Assembly: GCF_040869285.1 (NCBI RefSeq)
Contig: NC_090432.1
From: Myxine glutinosa
Taxonomy: Eukaryota
Length of the DNA stretch: 64,000 nucleotides
Direction: 5' to 3' (one strand)
This document shows, in pieces, positions 10,503 through 23,260 of this stretch; the first letter of the stretch is position 1, and each line of letters begins with the position of its first letter. Both the position numbers and the translations under genes were made by a program. The notes beneath the pieces were generated by a model, which made no database searches, had not been told where the DNA came from, and saw only the letters and a program-made list of their open reading frames with translations.

Positions 10503-10839
10503 GTTAGCCAGAAGAAAAAGAAAATAAATGGGTAATGTTCTCAATTATGGAAGTGAACAGGCTTGCTTTGTCATGTTTACAGTTGACAGCATTTTCATGT
10601 GGAAGTGATAAAGATTTTTCTTGAGCTCAGCATTATTGCAGATCATGCTTGGGCCAAACTGAAATGCTGTCCAGCTGTGTTGAAACGGCCTACTGTTCTA
10701 AAATCTATAGGTCAGGAAGGATTGATAAAGATTATCTACATGATTCTTGTATCCTGATATTTGGGCAGTTTCACTAAGGTTCATACAATAATTGTCATTG
10801 CCCTTTTGAACATTCTCCACATACCATTGTGGGGCCTCC

Positions 10840-13165
10840 TCTACTAATCTGGAAGTCGTCTTCAGTTGTCATACCCTTCCTCCCGTCCATGGTACACGGA
10901 ATCTTGTGGTGAGGCTATTGCCCAGAAACAACTTGCTTTTGTCTCCTGGAAAGCAAATCCAACGGAAGGAAATCTCATTTCCTTTCACAAAGCCCGAAAC
11001 AAGTGTGTGTCCACCCTCAGGAGAGCCAGGAAACAATATCTCTCCGTTCTCAGGACAGAACTCTCTTATCTGTCTCCCTCTTCCAAATCCTGGTGGCATC
11101 TGGTCAAATCTGTTTCTGGTGTTTGTTCCCCCTCCATCCCCTCCATCCCCTCCCTCACCTCAAACGGCCACACGGCTGACTCCGCGCATGATAAAGCTGA
11201 ATGCCTCAACTCTGTGTTTGCCTCTAAATCTTGTGTCCCAAACCCATCCCTCTCTGTACCCACCGTACCCAGTCGTACCCAGCTGCTCCTGGACTCTGTG
11301 TCCTTTCCTCCTGACAAGGTGGAAAAGTTTCTGTCAACCCTCGACTCTGATTCTGCAACTGGACCTGACGGCATCAGCCCACGGGTCCTAAAATCCTGTT
11401 CTTCCGCTCTTTCACTCCCTCTCTCTGTTCTCTTCACCCTCTCTTTTGCTCAAGGTCATCTGCCATCTGCTTGGAAATCTGCCAACATCACCGCTTTGCA
11501 CAAAAAAGGTGCAAAAACAGATCCCAGCAACTACAGACCAATCAGCCTTCTCTCAATTATCAGTAAAGTCATGGAATCCATCATTGCTTCAGATATGAAA
11601 TCTTTCCTCTTCTCCAATGGCTTGATCTCTGATCATCAATTTGATTTCAGACCTGGTCACTCTACTCTGGACATGCTGCGACTGCTTTCTCAGCAATGGA
11701 TGGAGGTCCTCAATGCCAAACAGGAAATTAGAGCAGTCTCCCTTGACATATCACGTGCCTTCGATACGGTCTGGCACCCCGCTCTGCTCACCAAACTCTC
11801 CTCTGTTGGTATCCATGGAAATCTCCACGCATGGCTGGCGGACTTCCTCTCTAGTCGTAGTCAACGTGTGGCCCTGAATGGGTTTCTCTCATCTCCTCTT
11901 CCTGTTCAGGCTGGAGTTCCCCAAGGCAGTCTTCTGGGCCCTGTGCTTTTTCTGGTCTTCATCAATGATCTCTCCGACTCTCTTGAAAATCCTCTCTATC
12001 TCTTTGCTGATGACTCTACTCTCTGTCGCTCCATTCTTCATCCCTCAGATCGGCAGTCTGCAGCCTCCTCACTCTCTGCAGACCTGGACAAAATAACAGA
12101 CTGGGCAAACAAGTGGAACATGTCTTTCAATCCTGACAAATCTCACACTCTTACGATGTCTCTCCGAAAAGACCGACTGGACAACCCTCCCATCTACTTT
12201 CTGAATAATCCTCTCCAAGAAGTTCTGTCACTCAAACTTTTGGGTCTCACTATCTGCCATGATCTTTCCTGGGAAAACCACATTTCAAATCTGGCCTCCA
12301 AAGCCAGTCGCCGACTGGGCATCCTCCGTCGTGCGAAGTCCTTCCTTGGCACACCTGAGCTCCTCACCACGTACAAGGCTTTCATCCACAGCTCAATGGA
12401 ATACTGCTCTCCCCTCTGGGCTGGTGCTCCTGCCTCACACCTAGCTCGTATTCACGCTGTTGAAAGCAAAGCATTCAGAATCATTGGAATCTCCCACGAC
12501 GAAGCTAACTCCAAGGGCCTCTCACTCACTCACCGCAGGCAGGTTGGTGGTCTTTCCATCTTCTACCGACTCCTCTCTGGCCTTGCCCCCCCAGCTCTCT
12601 CTGGGCTCTGTCCCGCAAATATTCCTACAGGTCGCACAAGATCTCCCTGCAACCCTCTTATGGTTAAACTGCCAAAATCAAGACTCTCTGCTCACCTTCA
12701 CTCCTTCATTCCTCTTTTCTCCCGCCTCTGGAACAAACTCCCTCACTCTCTTCAATCCCACTCCACCCTCCAGGTCTTTAAAACAGCTGTTCACCACCAT
12801 CTCTTATCTTCCCCCATCCAAAACCTTGATCTTTTCTATCCCCGATAATTTCACCCCAATTCCACTTTTTGAAATACCAACTTCTGTCCTGGAAGTCCTT
12901 GGTGTCCGTGTGTTTTATACTTCTCCCACCCACCCCCCCCCCCTTCCCACGCCTCCTCCCCCCAAGCCCTCTCCCTCCCACACATCTCCCTGCTCTTAAA
13001 TGTTGTGTGCTCTCAAGTGTTTGTGTGCTTCCCATTCTCTTGTCTTCCGCTCCCTCTTTTTATATATTTTGTTTGTCTGGTTGATTTGTTTGTGAAGTAA
13101 ATGTCAGCTCTTTCACGAGCCTCGATTCAGTATACAAAAAAAATAAAAAATAAAAAAAATTAAAA
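10840..13165 (+). mobile_element. 5'-truncated CR1/jockey-like LINE (family B) with 3' UTR and A-rich tail
   Basis: It carries the RT ORF and no endonuclease. The 3' UTR reads ...GTAAATGTCAGCTCTTTCACGAGCCTCGATTCAGTATAC followed by an A-rich tail. The same tail is found on the copies at 24270, 45885 and 47763. Confidence 0.8.
10866..12848 (+). CDS. Reverse transcriptase ORF of the family-B LINE
   Basis: A 660-aa ORF with RT motifs ...FRPGHSTLDM...SLDISRAFDTVWH...QGSLLGPVLFLVFINDL...LFADDSTL.... Confidence 0.8.
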   Translation: MSYPSSRPWYTESCGEAIAQKQLAFVSWKANPTEGNLISFHKARNKCVSTLRRARKQYLSVLRTELSYLSPSSKSWWHLVKSVSGVCSPSIPSIPSLTSNGHTADSAHDKAECLNSVFASKSCVPNPSLSVPTVPSRTQLLLDSVSFPPDKVEKFLSTLDSDSATGPDGISPRVLKSCSSALSLPLSVLFTLSFAQGHLPSAWKSANITALHKKGAKTDPSNYRPISLLSIISKVMESIIASDMKSFLFSNGLISDHQFDFRPGHSTLDMLRLLSQQWMEVLNAKQEIRAVSLDISRAFDTVWHPALLTKLSSVGIHGNLHAWLADFLSSRSQRVALNGFLSSPLPVQAGVPQGSLLGPVLFLVFINDLSDSLENPLYLFADDSTLCRSILHPSDRQSAASSLSADLDKITDWANKWNMSFNPDKSHTLTMSLRKDRLDNPPIYFLNNPLQEVLSLKLLGLTICHDLSWENHISNLASKASRRLGILRRAKSFLGTPELLTTYKAFIHSSMEYCSPLWAGAPASHLARIHAVESKAFRIIGISHDEANSKGLSLTHRRQVGGLSIFYRLLSGLAPPALSGLCPANIPTGRTRSPCNPLMVKLPKSRLSAHLHSFIPLFSRLWNKLPHSLQSHSTLQVFKTAVHHHLLSSPIQNLDLFYPR

Positions 13166-13827
13166 TCTGCAATTCGAGTTCTGGAAGTTGGTTGGCAGGA
13201 TGGCCTCGGAGGTACACACACTTACCTCTAAGCTATTTAGCCTGGCATCAAATATTGGCCGAGCTATACACTGTCATCCCAGTGTTTCACAAGCACGGTG
13301 ATTCAATCAATGTGTGTGCCATGCCTCAGATGGATGTTAAACTAGGTGCCGCATGTGCCAGCATTCATTGGTGGACGTTAAATATCCCACGGTGCCCTTT
13401 GCGAAGAGTAGGCGACTTATCAGAACAAATTACAAAATCCTGCCATAACCAGCAGGGGACATTGCACTAGCAGCACAGCCACGGCCTCAGCCAATGATGC
13501 TATCCCACCCTTTGCCGTGCCATGGTGTATAACGCCACAGATCGCTGCCGCATTCGGTGATGAAAATAATCCGATGTACATACATGAAGCGAAAACGTGT
13601 ACACTGTACAGGCTATGTGCATATATAATACATTGTGGTTATATACTTGGGATCATTCCATTTACACCTGGCCTAAGGCCTGCTGTCTGTGCGGCTTCAA
13701 AAAATAGTGGTGCATCATTTTAATTGTGGGTGCAGTCAGGCCAGCTATCCATCCAATCGGTCGGTGTACGACAGTCGTTCGATGGTCCTCCCTCCCACCG
13801 ATTGACTAATACAGTACTAGTACATAC

Positions 13828-14577
13828 ATGGGGAGGCATGAAGGAATGTGCCGGGCTACCTCCAACCTATCCTTTCTGTCGAAAGTTTTGGAACGCGCTG
13901 TAGCCACTCAACTCAAACATCACCTCTCTGCCAATAACCTGTATGAAACATTCCAATCCGGATTCCGCTCCAACCACAGTACTGAAACTGCTCTCTTCAA
14001 AATCACCAACGACCTTCTCCTCTCCTCTGACGCTGGCAACCTCAACATTCTCATCCTCCTCGACCTCAGCGCCGCCTTTGACACCATCGATCACACCATC
14101 CTCCTCACCCGACTTGAAACCACCTTTAACGTTACCGGCACTGCCCTCTCTTGGATTAAATCATACCTCTCTGACAGACGCCAGTTCATCTCCATCAATA
14201 ACTGCAAATCTCCCACTGCTCCCCTCCCCCAAGGTTCAGTTCTTGGCCCCCTCCTCTTCATCCTTTACCTGTCCCCCCTCGGTCACTTAATCCGCCGTCA
14301 TGGTCTCCAATTCCACTGCTTCGCTGATGACATCCAGCTTTTCATCTCCACCAAGTACATCTCCACCGCCACCCACTTTATCCTGACAAACTGCATCACT
14401 GAAATAAAATCCTGGCTTCAAATCAACTTCCTCAAACTTAACTATGATAAATCTGAAATAATCATCATTGGCCCAAAAACGCTCATAAAATCCACCCATA
14501 ACTTTGCCCTCAACATCGACGGTATCCCAGTGTCCACCTCCCTCCCCTCACATCCGGAATCTTGGCATCATCTTTGA
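13828..14577 (+). pseudogene. L2-like RT fragment (frameshifted; continues in 14504-15343)
   Basis: A 249-aa ORF followed by an overlapping 279-aa ORF in another frame. Confidence 0.7.
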
Positions 14578-15365
14578 CCAAACCCTCTCCTTCGACAAAT
14601 ACACTAAACAGGTCACAAAGACAGCCTTCTTTCACTTGAAAAACATGGCCCGTCTCCGTCCATCCCTCTCCTCCATGGCTGCAGAAACCCTCATCCACGC
14701 CTTCATCACCTCCCGTCTGGACTACTGCAACAGCCTCCTCTATGGTTCACCCTCAACAATCACCAATAAACTCCAATACATTCAGAACTCCGCTGCCCGT
14801 CTACTCACCCATTCCCGGACCCTTGACCACATCACCCCCGTCCTTTACAAGCTTCACTGGCTCCCCATCTCCCAGAGAATCCAGTACAAAATCCTCCTCT
14901 TGACCTACAAAGCCCTCCATAACCTGGCCCCATCCTACCTGGCTGACCTCCTCTCCATACACACTCCCAACCGTAACCTCTGCTCTGCTGGTACCAACCT
15001 CCTGACCCCCCCCCCCCCCCCCCATCCATCCGGACCAAATTCAGATCCTGGGGGGACAGGGCCTTCTCCATCGCTGCTCCCACCCTCTGGAACTCACTAC
15101 CTCACACCATCAGAGACTCCTCCTCACTCGCCACATTCAAAACATCACTCAAGACCCACCTGTTCAACACTGCATTCAACATTTAACCCACAGCATTTAA
15201 CCCCTGACTATCTCTTCTCCTTCTCCCTCCTTTTTGCTTTAAATATTTCCCTATTGATTCTTGTCTTTTGCAATTGTTTTTATGTGCATTATGTTTTGCA
15301 CTCTGTCAAAGCGTCTTTGGGCTTCCTGAAAAGCGCTATATAAAATAAATGCATTATTATTATTA
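13845..15365 (+). mobile_element. 5'-truncated L2-like LINE (family C) with teleost-type tail
   Basis: The RT fragments contain QSGFRSNHSTETAL, LDLSAAFDTIDH and FADDIQLF. The 3' end reads GCACTCTGTCAAAGCGTCTTTGGGCTTCCTGAAAAGCGCTATATAAAATAAATGCATT(ATT)n. A second 3' copy lies at 43430-44215. Confidence 0.75.
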
Positions 15366-15472
15366 TTATTATTACATACGTGGTCCAAACACAGTTCAGC
15401 TATTTAGATATAGATGATGTTACACATCCTAATAATCCTGATATTTAAATACTGGTTATGTCCATGAATATT

Positions 15473-15477
<5 letters not shown>

Positions 15478-15519
<42 letters not shown>
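15478..15519. repeat. (TA)n microsatellite (target of the LTR element)
   Basis: A TA run immediately 5' of the LTR. The continuation of the same repeat lies at 22094-22158. Confidence 0.9.
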
Positions 15520-15523
<4 letters not shown>

Positions 15524-16243
15524 GAGATCGAAGACCTCAAGGGAAGGAAGAAGAAGAAGAATCAGAGGAAGAAGAGCAACAATGTTTAATAAAATCGATT
15601 ATACACACACGTGTGGAGCGAGGCTCGAGAATGTACCGCCTAACACGCAGCGGACAATTCCTCAAGACACTCGCTAAAAAATAAGTGGAAAGGCATTTCA
15701 TTTATAGCAAAATATTAGACAAGAATCTGCGCTAAAGACATAGCACTAATGGGCCATAAGGACAACACCTCCCATTGTCCCGTCCTATAGAAGGTCAAAT
15801 TTAGACAACAAGATGTAAGCATAATGATAGGCTACGCTTTTTTTGGCTATCTATCTAAACATATCAGACCCGAGCGCAGGCCGAAGTAAATATTCTTATA
15901 CACTAGGCTAAATGGTAGATGAAGATTGGATACGTCCTTGGTTTAGGAGACATACTAAACACTACGAAGATATATAATTAATTATTCCCTTTGTGAAGGA
16001 GGCGTTTGGATGACATCTTTTTCCTGTACGTGGGTCGAGAGCATTTTATCTACTGTTTGGCACATTCATTCAAGGACTAATTTACTAGGCTAAGGATCCA
16101 CCCTGCACGTTGAGCCTCGAAACCACATTTTGTCCACTCACCTCTGTCTGCAGTTGAGTTCAAATCAGTTTTCAGAAGCACGATATATAATTTCAGATGT
16201 TATGATCAATTGAGTCATGGGGCTAAAACCCTAATGGCTGACA
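15520..16243 (-). repeat. 3' LTR (in element orientation) of the ERV
   Basis: Begins TGTCGAGATCG and ends GGCTGACA on the + strand. The two LTR copies were compared base by base by eye and no difference was seen. Confidence 0.8.
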
Positions 16244-16245
16244 GT

Positions 16246-16263
16246 TCCTTCCTTTGTCTTTAC
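16246..16263 (-). promoter_or_regulatory. Polypurine tract of the ERV
   Basis: On the minus strand, AAAGACAAAGGAAGGAAC lies directly upstream of the LTR. Confidence 0.6.
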
Positions 16264-17254
16264 AAGACACCTCCTTGGAAAGACACCAAATTCATCAATT
16301 AGTTACATGACAGGCACGACAAAGTGTCACGTATGCTCAAAGAGAGATACCGGCCCTAACTGGTCGTCTAACATTCAACGCATAAATTGTTAGCCATAAT
16401 TCGCGACGACGGCGCCTGGTTTAAGAGATTGCTGCCGCCCGCCAGATTCCGAATCCACCCTCGCTGCGGCATAGGTGCGACCCAGTTGCCAGCCAGATTA
16501 AGGGGCCCTCTTTATGCAAGTGAGGTCCTCGCGAATCAGGGCAAACAATCGACGTTAAATGCCATCAAGCCCTGTGAATGTGATTTGCTGGGTGGTGTAA
16601 ATAATTTTTAAAAGAACGTACACTTTCTAAATCACAGATATAATCATCCCAACTAAAATCATAATCATTATCAGAATCCCAAGCATCAAATAGGTTCATC
16701 GATCACCCCATATACTCCTTCCTTTTCTGCCAACAACATATCCAAAACCACTTGATTCTGCATCACCATCGTTTGCATATGCATTAATTCGTTTTCCAAT
16801 TGTAGTTCTGCGATTCAGGTTTCGTTTCCAATTCGTTCCATTACTAATGCGAGACTATCTATTTGCCAATCATTCATAATACATAAGAGGCGTTAGCCAG
16901 TACACGCAAGGGATTTTCAACACAAGTATTACAATCATCACAAACATCGATGCAGGCATCAGCCAGTAGCCAGTTCCCACAAGGGATTTTCACAGTCATC
17001 ACAAAAATCAATACAAAATTCTGAAGCGCTGGTCACATCTGCCTTGTTGAAGGACCCATTCAGATCGACGGCCTCTGTGGTCAAGATCATGGTTTTCCAA
17101 CGGCGATTTCTTCATCGTCCATCCTGAAAAATACTTTCTTACACACACCATGATCAATTCCTAGCCCCCCGTCCCACTAATTGGCATTTAGTTACCTTAT
17201 CTCTCAGATGGTTGGCTTATTCATAGCCGCATTTCCTGTGTCGTGTCTGGAAAT

Positions 17255-17755
17255 TCAAATGCCATATTTACTTTCACCAATTTCCGAAAATTCCTTCCTT
17301 TTAATCATCTTCCCTACATTTAATAATACATGATTTACCAAATTTACCTTGGGAAAAATGGATCCCAGATAACAAGTCCCTCCCCACTGTTCGGGTAGGT
17401 ATGGATATGCTTTATTTCCGCAAATAAACATTACTCCATGGGGTGGGATAAGGGCCGAGGCCATGCATTTACTGATCTCAACGCGGGTGGCGCTTGGTGT
17501 TCCCCAAGATATGGTTAGCTTGGTTACGTTATGCTGGGCTTGGTCATCTATGGTTATTACAAGGGGGCCTCCCTTTTCTCTCCATCTGGTGTCGGATGGC
17601 AGGGTATGGGTACATTCCGAGGTTCCCATCTGAACGTGTCCCTTTCCTATAAGACACACCCGTCCCTTTTGCTCTGTCACCCAGACTGGATCAGGTGGTT
17701 TGTCTAACAAAGCCTGCTTAATGGGTGGGGTATATCGAAACTCCCGGGAACACAC
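17255..17755 (-). pseudogene. env (SU) fragment of the ERV
   Basis: The fragment reads ...LIPPHGVMFICGNKAYPYLPEQWGGTCYLG.... It shows the conserved retroviral Env FxCG-x-AY-x-LP-x-W-G-C motif, as in syncytin/gamma-type Env. The ORF is short and broken upstream (overlapping ORFs at 17704-18059). Confidence 0.6.
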
Positions 17756-18338
17756 TGCTGGGTAGATTTGGGCCTATCAGTTCCAAGGTTGTGGTCAGAC
17801 ATGGGGTACGCAAGGGTCCTGAGCACATATCTCGTAGGGACAGGGGTAGCACTACCATTTCTATCCCTGTCGTACTGGTGTGGGGAAAATGCATGCACAC
17901 CCAACACCGTGATCGGTTCTGTACTTTCGCCATTGCACGGGTCACCGTCCAATACGTATTTTCCTTTGGCTTTTTCTTGCTTTCGATCCGTGGGTGCGGA
18001 ATTAATATGTGTGAAATGCATGGTGGCCTATAATCGTAGGGGGAGCTCTGTGACGTCATGAATTCACATTGTAGTAATCGCTTGCTTCAAATGACTGAGG
18101 GCAGCAAAACCTGTCTAAACCTACTGCCATTTAACGACGCTTCCCAGATGACGGCTCCCATACACCATTCTGGCACAAAATTGTTGCATCCCACAGATGC
18201 CACGATTATTTGAACAAACTCATTTTCCTAATCCACCCTTTCAATTTTCATTTCAATTTAAAGTCAATCCAATGTCCTCTTTTAGCATCCCATGCACCTG
18301 TTGCAGACACCTGTTTTAGCCTGAAGCGGTATATTAAA

Positions 18339-18755
18339 CTAAATGTGATTGCCACCCCTAACAGGCGGTGGTGCAGCATCCTCGATCTGTGGTGGTGCAT
18401 TTGAGGTGTCTGTGTTTGTGGGTATGGCCAACTTACAATGTGTGGCATGTACCCAGGACGACTTGCCCTCACAAAACACCGCTGTTGGTGTGATCAGAAG
18501 AACTTGGTATGGCCCCGTCCACCTTGGTTCGAGCGCAGTCTTACGGGTGAAATGCTTCACCAGCACGTAATCTCCTGCCTCGACGGTGTGGGTAGGCTTG
18601 CTTGTTGGCTCCGGTAGGGCCTCCCGAACGCGTTCATGTATGCTGCGTGCCACATGGGATAGACCTATGCAAAACTTTAAAAACATGTCATCCATGATAG
18701 GTAATTCAAGGGCTGCCATATCCACTGGCGCCGATACCGTTGACATATAGCGCAC
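18339..18755 (-). pseudogene. pol integrase C-terminal fragment of the ERV
   Basis: The fragment reads GDYVLVKHFTRKTALEPRWTGPYQVLLITPTAV...SSWVHATHCK, against MLV IN [34 protein letters not shown]...AAWIHAAHVK. Confidence 0.7.
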
Positions 18756-18827
18756 GAGCGACAGACCATGGTAACCACAGTCGAAAGGCCTGGTGCTGCC
18801 CAGGTGGAAGTGACCTGCCTCATCACC

Positions 18828-19232
18828 TCACCCCCCTATGGCACACATGGCCATTTGGATGCGCCATGAGTGCCAACCATGGCAATAAAGCTCGCGGTGC
18901 CACGGGTTTGTCATTAATCGTCCACATTTGTCCTTCTGCGGGGCACTGAGCTCCCAATTTAATCCAATTTTTGATGTTCTACGTTTGAGGCCGCGGCTTG
19001 TAATTGTATTACATCGAACTCTGTAGGTGCGGATGTCGGAACGTCTGTCTTGAGGTGCCAAATTAATTATGAACCCTTCATTGTTGTCCAACACCTGGAC
19101 CGTTCGGTGTTCAACATTGTATCGACGCCTTACTGGCGTTTTCCGCAGTCGGTCCATCATCCATGTACAACAGTACCCTGCCATTCCCAAAAATCGCAAC
19201 GAACACACTAACTCTTCACTGTTATCCTTCAC
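18828..19232 (-). pseudogene. pol RT/connection fragment of the ERV
   Basis: The fragment contains ...FLGMAGYC..W..., the conserved gamma/epsilon-type RT thumb-connection motif. Confidence 0.5.
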
Positions 19233-21346
19233 TTCACTTCAAAATTTCACTGTTATCCTATCAATACCTGGACAATTTTTTCCTTTCCTTCCTAGATACG
19301 CGAATTTCACATCAGTATAAACCCACTGGAAAAATTATCTGAAAAATAACTAGCCTCCCAAAACCATTTCCCTGCAAGAGCGGGGTTAGCCTTGCGGTCC
19401 ACATGACAATCTTTTTTATTTTGCTCTATCACCTCCCTTTGAGCAATAATTTAATTGGTGTGATTCCCATATACCCACTCCTGGTGGAGTTCTGTTCACC
19501 TGGTCTGCAGAGCCGTGATCCAATCTTCACCAGCCCCCAATCACCTTCTTATCACAAAACAACAGTCCATAACTAACCACTTTTCTTTATTTCCCGTCTT
19601 TTCCATCAACTTTTATAATCTTTTCCCCTCCCTTTCTTAGCAAACCTTGCAAAGTCACTTGTCATTGACAAATGATCCATCTAATTCGACTTTCCTTTAA
19701 CATCTTCGCACTTTCCATGACCTTCTTCACACTTACTTTAAACCTTTTCTTCAGACACAACCCACATGAGTTATGAATACAATTTCCCCTTCCAGGCACG
19801 TGTCTAGTCACTCACAAAGTGTCCATAAGACAACGTCATCATATTTCACAGAACTCCACCACTCTATTAAATCCTAAACATGCCCAATGGGCAATCCACG
19901 AAAAAATCAAAGCATTTTCAGTCCCCCTTTCAGGGAAGTCAAATCAACCACCATTAAAGCACAAAACAGAAAACGACCATATACTCAGAGTATATGCCAT
20001 ATACTCAGAGTATATGCCATATACTCAGAGTGAGACCCGAAAATCAAGCAGACAGACCGACAATCGAACCTGTCTTTCGACACTGCCGAACGACAAGTTC
20101 GCAGACACTGAGGGAGTGACATTCGACCCCCAGTAGATACCGCGGACACCGCTTTGGTCCGCACCAGCAACTCCCTCAAAATCAGTGTTCAGAGACATGA
20201 CTCCATAGACAGCCAGAAAGCCAGACAAATACGGACACACACACACAGAGATTAATATATTTTTACAGATTAATATACAGAGATTAATAGATTAATATAA
20301 ACAATTAATATATTGTCCACATTCATCTTGGTCAACCCAACCCCTTCTGGCTCTCCCCAAGAGCTCCGTGTCCGGACAGACAGACAGATAAACGGACCGG
20401 TGAAACCATAACCATCCATTCTTCCGATTGGACTCACGTCAGCATCACATGTCATTTTTGCCTTCATTCAACGCATTCTGTCATCCCACGTCGGCCAAAT
20501 ACAAGCCCCGGCCATGCCGTTGAATAAACACCCTGTCGGTTGACAGCCTATTATTTTTGACTTTCACTCCCATTCTCCCTTGCTACATCTGGAGAGCCGT
20601 TAATGTGGGGATGTAATTGAACACTTGTTTTAAAGCCCTGTCTACACATGCTCTCCATAACATTCTCATTATTCCCTGCCAATTTTACTCATCCGGATTG
20701 CCCAACGCCCGTAGGCAATTTGGGGAATCCCTTGTCAGTCAATGACACACATCAATGACACACACACAATAAACACAAATACACGCTGCAATGACAGATC
20801 ATTCATTCCCTTATACACAAATACCATGTGACTGACCTTTCATTCTCCATACAATACAGTATAAATTCATGCACACTCATGCACACTTCAATCCTACTTA
20901 CCTGTGAACTCTAACACATCCAGTGCGTAGCTTAACTTAAAATACTCATTATTCTACCTTTCTTGGGCTAGTCCCTCCTGGTAGTCCTAAGATCGGGTCG
21001 CCCCCCGATTCCTAACCTTAAACGCAGTTCTCACGCCGGAGTAACTTAATACCTATTATCTATCACCCACATATGGGTCTACCTGCTTCCCACGCAGGAA
21101 GCTTACCTTACCTCCTTATCCCGGGCGCCCTGTATAATCGATTCATTACCCACTGCTGCTCTGGTTTAAACTAAATTTGGTTCGGAATGCAAGCCAGGTG
21201 GTACAGCCGACAGAGGTCCACACGTCCAAAGCAAGGCGGGAGGCTTCAATTTCGAGGTGCAAAAATGCGTACCCACCAAATTAGATGCCGGCAGGCCTCC
21301 TTTCCGACCTGGAACGTGAGGATCCACCTCGTCTGCACACTTGGAT

Positions 21347-21365
21347 GATCCCACTTCTGACACCA
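21347..21365 (-). promoter_or_regulatory. Primer-binding site complementary to the 3' end of tRNA-Leu(CAA)
   Basis: The + strand reads GATCCCACTTCTGACACCA, equal to the 3' terminal 19 nt of vertebrate tRNA-Leu-CAA (...GGTTCGAATCCCACTTCTGACACCA). It sits 4 nt from the LTR edge. Confidence 0.7.
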
Positions 21366-21369
21366 AAAT

Positions 21370-22089
21370 TGTCGAGATCGAAGACCTCAAGGGAAGGAAG
21401 AAGAAGAAGAATCAGAGGAAGAAGAGCAACAATGTTTAATAAAATCGATTATACACACACGTGTGGAGCGAGGCTCGAGAATGTACCGCCTAACACGCAG
21501 CGGACAATTCCTCAAGACACTCGCTAAAAAATAAGTGGAAAGGCATTTCATTTATAGCAAAATATTAGACAAGAATCTGCGCTAAAGACATAGCACTAAT
21601 GGGCCATAAGGACAACACCTCCCATTGTCCCGTCCTATAGAAGGTCAAATTTAGACAACAAGATGTAAGCATAATGATAGGCTACGCTTTTTTTGGCTAT
21701 CTATCTAAACATATCAGACCCGAGCGCAGGCCGAAGTAAATATTCTTATACACTAGGCTAAATGGTAGATGAAGATTGGATACGTCCTTGGTTTAGGAGA
21801 CATACTAAACACTACGAAGATATATAATTAATTATTCCCTTTGTGAAGGAGGCGTTTGGATGACATCTTTTTCCTGTACGTGGGTCGAGAGCATTTTATC
21901 TACTGTTTGGCACATTCATTCAAGGACTAATTTACTAGGCTAAGGATCCACCCTGCACGTTGAGCCTCGAAACCACATTTTGTCCACTCACCTCTGTCTG
22001 CAGTTGAGTTCAAATCAGTTTTCAGAAGCACGATATATAATTTCAGATGTTATGATCAATTGAGTCATGGGGCTAAAACCCTAATGGCT

Positions 22090-22093
<4 letters not shown>
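21370..22093 (-). repeat. 5' LTR (in element orientation) of the ERV
   Basis: Same sequence as 15520-16243. Confidence 0.8.

Positions 22094-22158
<65 letters not shown>
22094..22158. repeat. (TA)n microsatellite
   Basis: A TA run flanking the ERV. More TA-rich sequence follows at 22329-22370. Confidence 0.9.
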
Positions 22159-22160
<2 letters not shown>

Positions 22161-22339
22161 GTGAGAAATAGAAAAACTCCACAGTACGAGCAGGGCATCC
22201 CATTTGTATTAAATAAATAATCGGGAGATTGAATCAGACGCGGACGTAGCTTCAGGACGGTCGATCTTTAATTCTCGACAAGCTTTCGACCAACAAATGT
22301 CTTCTTCTTAGTTGTCCCCAAGTTCAGCGGAAGTCATTG

Positions 22340-22372
<33 letters not shown>

Positions 22373-22541
22373 GGGCCAAGATGCAAAAGCCAAATTTTGA
22401 AAGAGAAGTGATTGGTTTTTTTTTTTTGGAGGTACGTTTAACTTTTTCAGGTTAATTATCATTGGTGGGTTTTACTGTGAAATTTATTCAAAAGGAAGAG
22501 CTTGGGGCACAACAGGGTCTTGGCATAGCAGGTTTGGCTGA

Positions 22542-22748
<207 letters not shown>

Positions 22749-23049
22749 TGAGACGTTGGGAAAAAAAAAAAATGTTCAGCAATTCCCTTTTACACCGTCG
22801 AAATGTTGTCATGTCCACAAATGCAACTGTACCCGATATGCCGGATTTTTCTTTTCATTATCCCTCTGCACTTGAACAATGATATTTTAAGTATCGATAG
22901 CTTTTAAATCCTTTCCGATTTGGTGCAGCCCACTTGCAGATGGCATGCAACGCAGCTAGCCATTGCTGATGAGGGCGTCAATGTGTATTAATTAGCATCT
23001 CCCGTTCCCTTTTTGTAACCCATTCCGTTACCTTTTGCTCTTCCATGAG

Positions 23050-23260
23050 CATCACTTTTCTAGAGGGTGACGGACTTGGGATCGGAAGGTCCTGAGTTCG
23101 AATCCAGTTCAGCTGTTGAATTAATACCAGTTGGGGTTGACTCAGCCTGTCATTCTTCCGAGGTCGGCAAAATGAGTACCAGGGTACTGGGTCCTCAAGG
23201 AGGTTGGCAGGATTTGCACTCCGGCCGCCGTAAAAAACACCCCATTCGGTAACACACACA
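23050..23260 (+). mobile_element. tRNA-derived SINE head fragment related to the main SINE family
   Basis: The fragment reads ...GTCCTGAGTTCGAATCCAGTTCAGCTGTTGAATTAATACCAGTTGGGGTTGACTCAGCCTGTCATTCTTCCGAGGTCGGCAAAATGAGTACCAGG..., which parallels the SINE head at 32040-32180. Confidence 0.55.

Larger units (their letters stand above)
15520..22093 (-). mobile_element. Internally deleted endogenous retrovirus / LTR retroelement (6.57 kb) with identical LTRs
   Basis: Two 724-bp direct repeats (TG...CA) that look identical by eye. A PBS lies next to one LTR and a polypurine tract next to the other. Minus-strand ORF fragments with env, integrase and RT similarity are present. The element is inserted in a (TA)n tract. 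Confidence 0.8.

Noticed and set aside
10350-10535. 61-aa ORF beginning with Met as a stand-alone small gene
   Set aside because: It is the internal part of PHAF1 exon 10369-10502 read through the donor site into the intron. The Met is internal to the exon.
16387-16611. Short ORFs inside the ERV LTR/leader and inside the TE-free spacer (e.g. 28054-28323, 30864-31279, 36676-37161)
   Set aside because: They are short, carry no conserved motifs, have no splice context and show atypical composition. They are most likely random ORFs.
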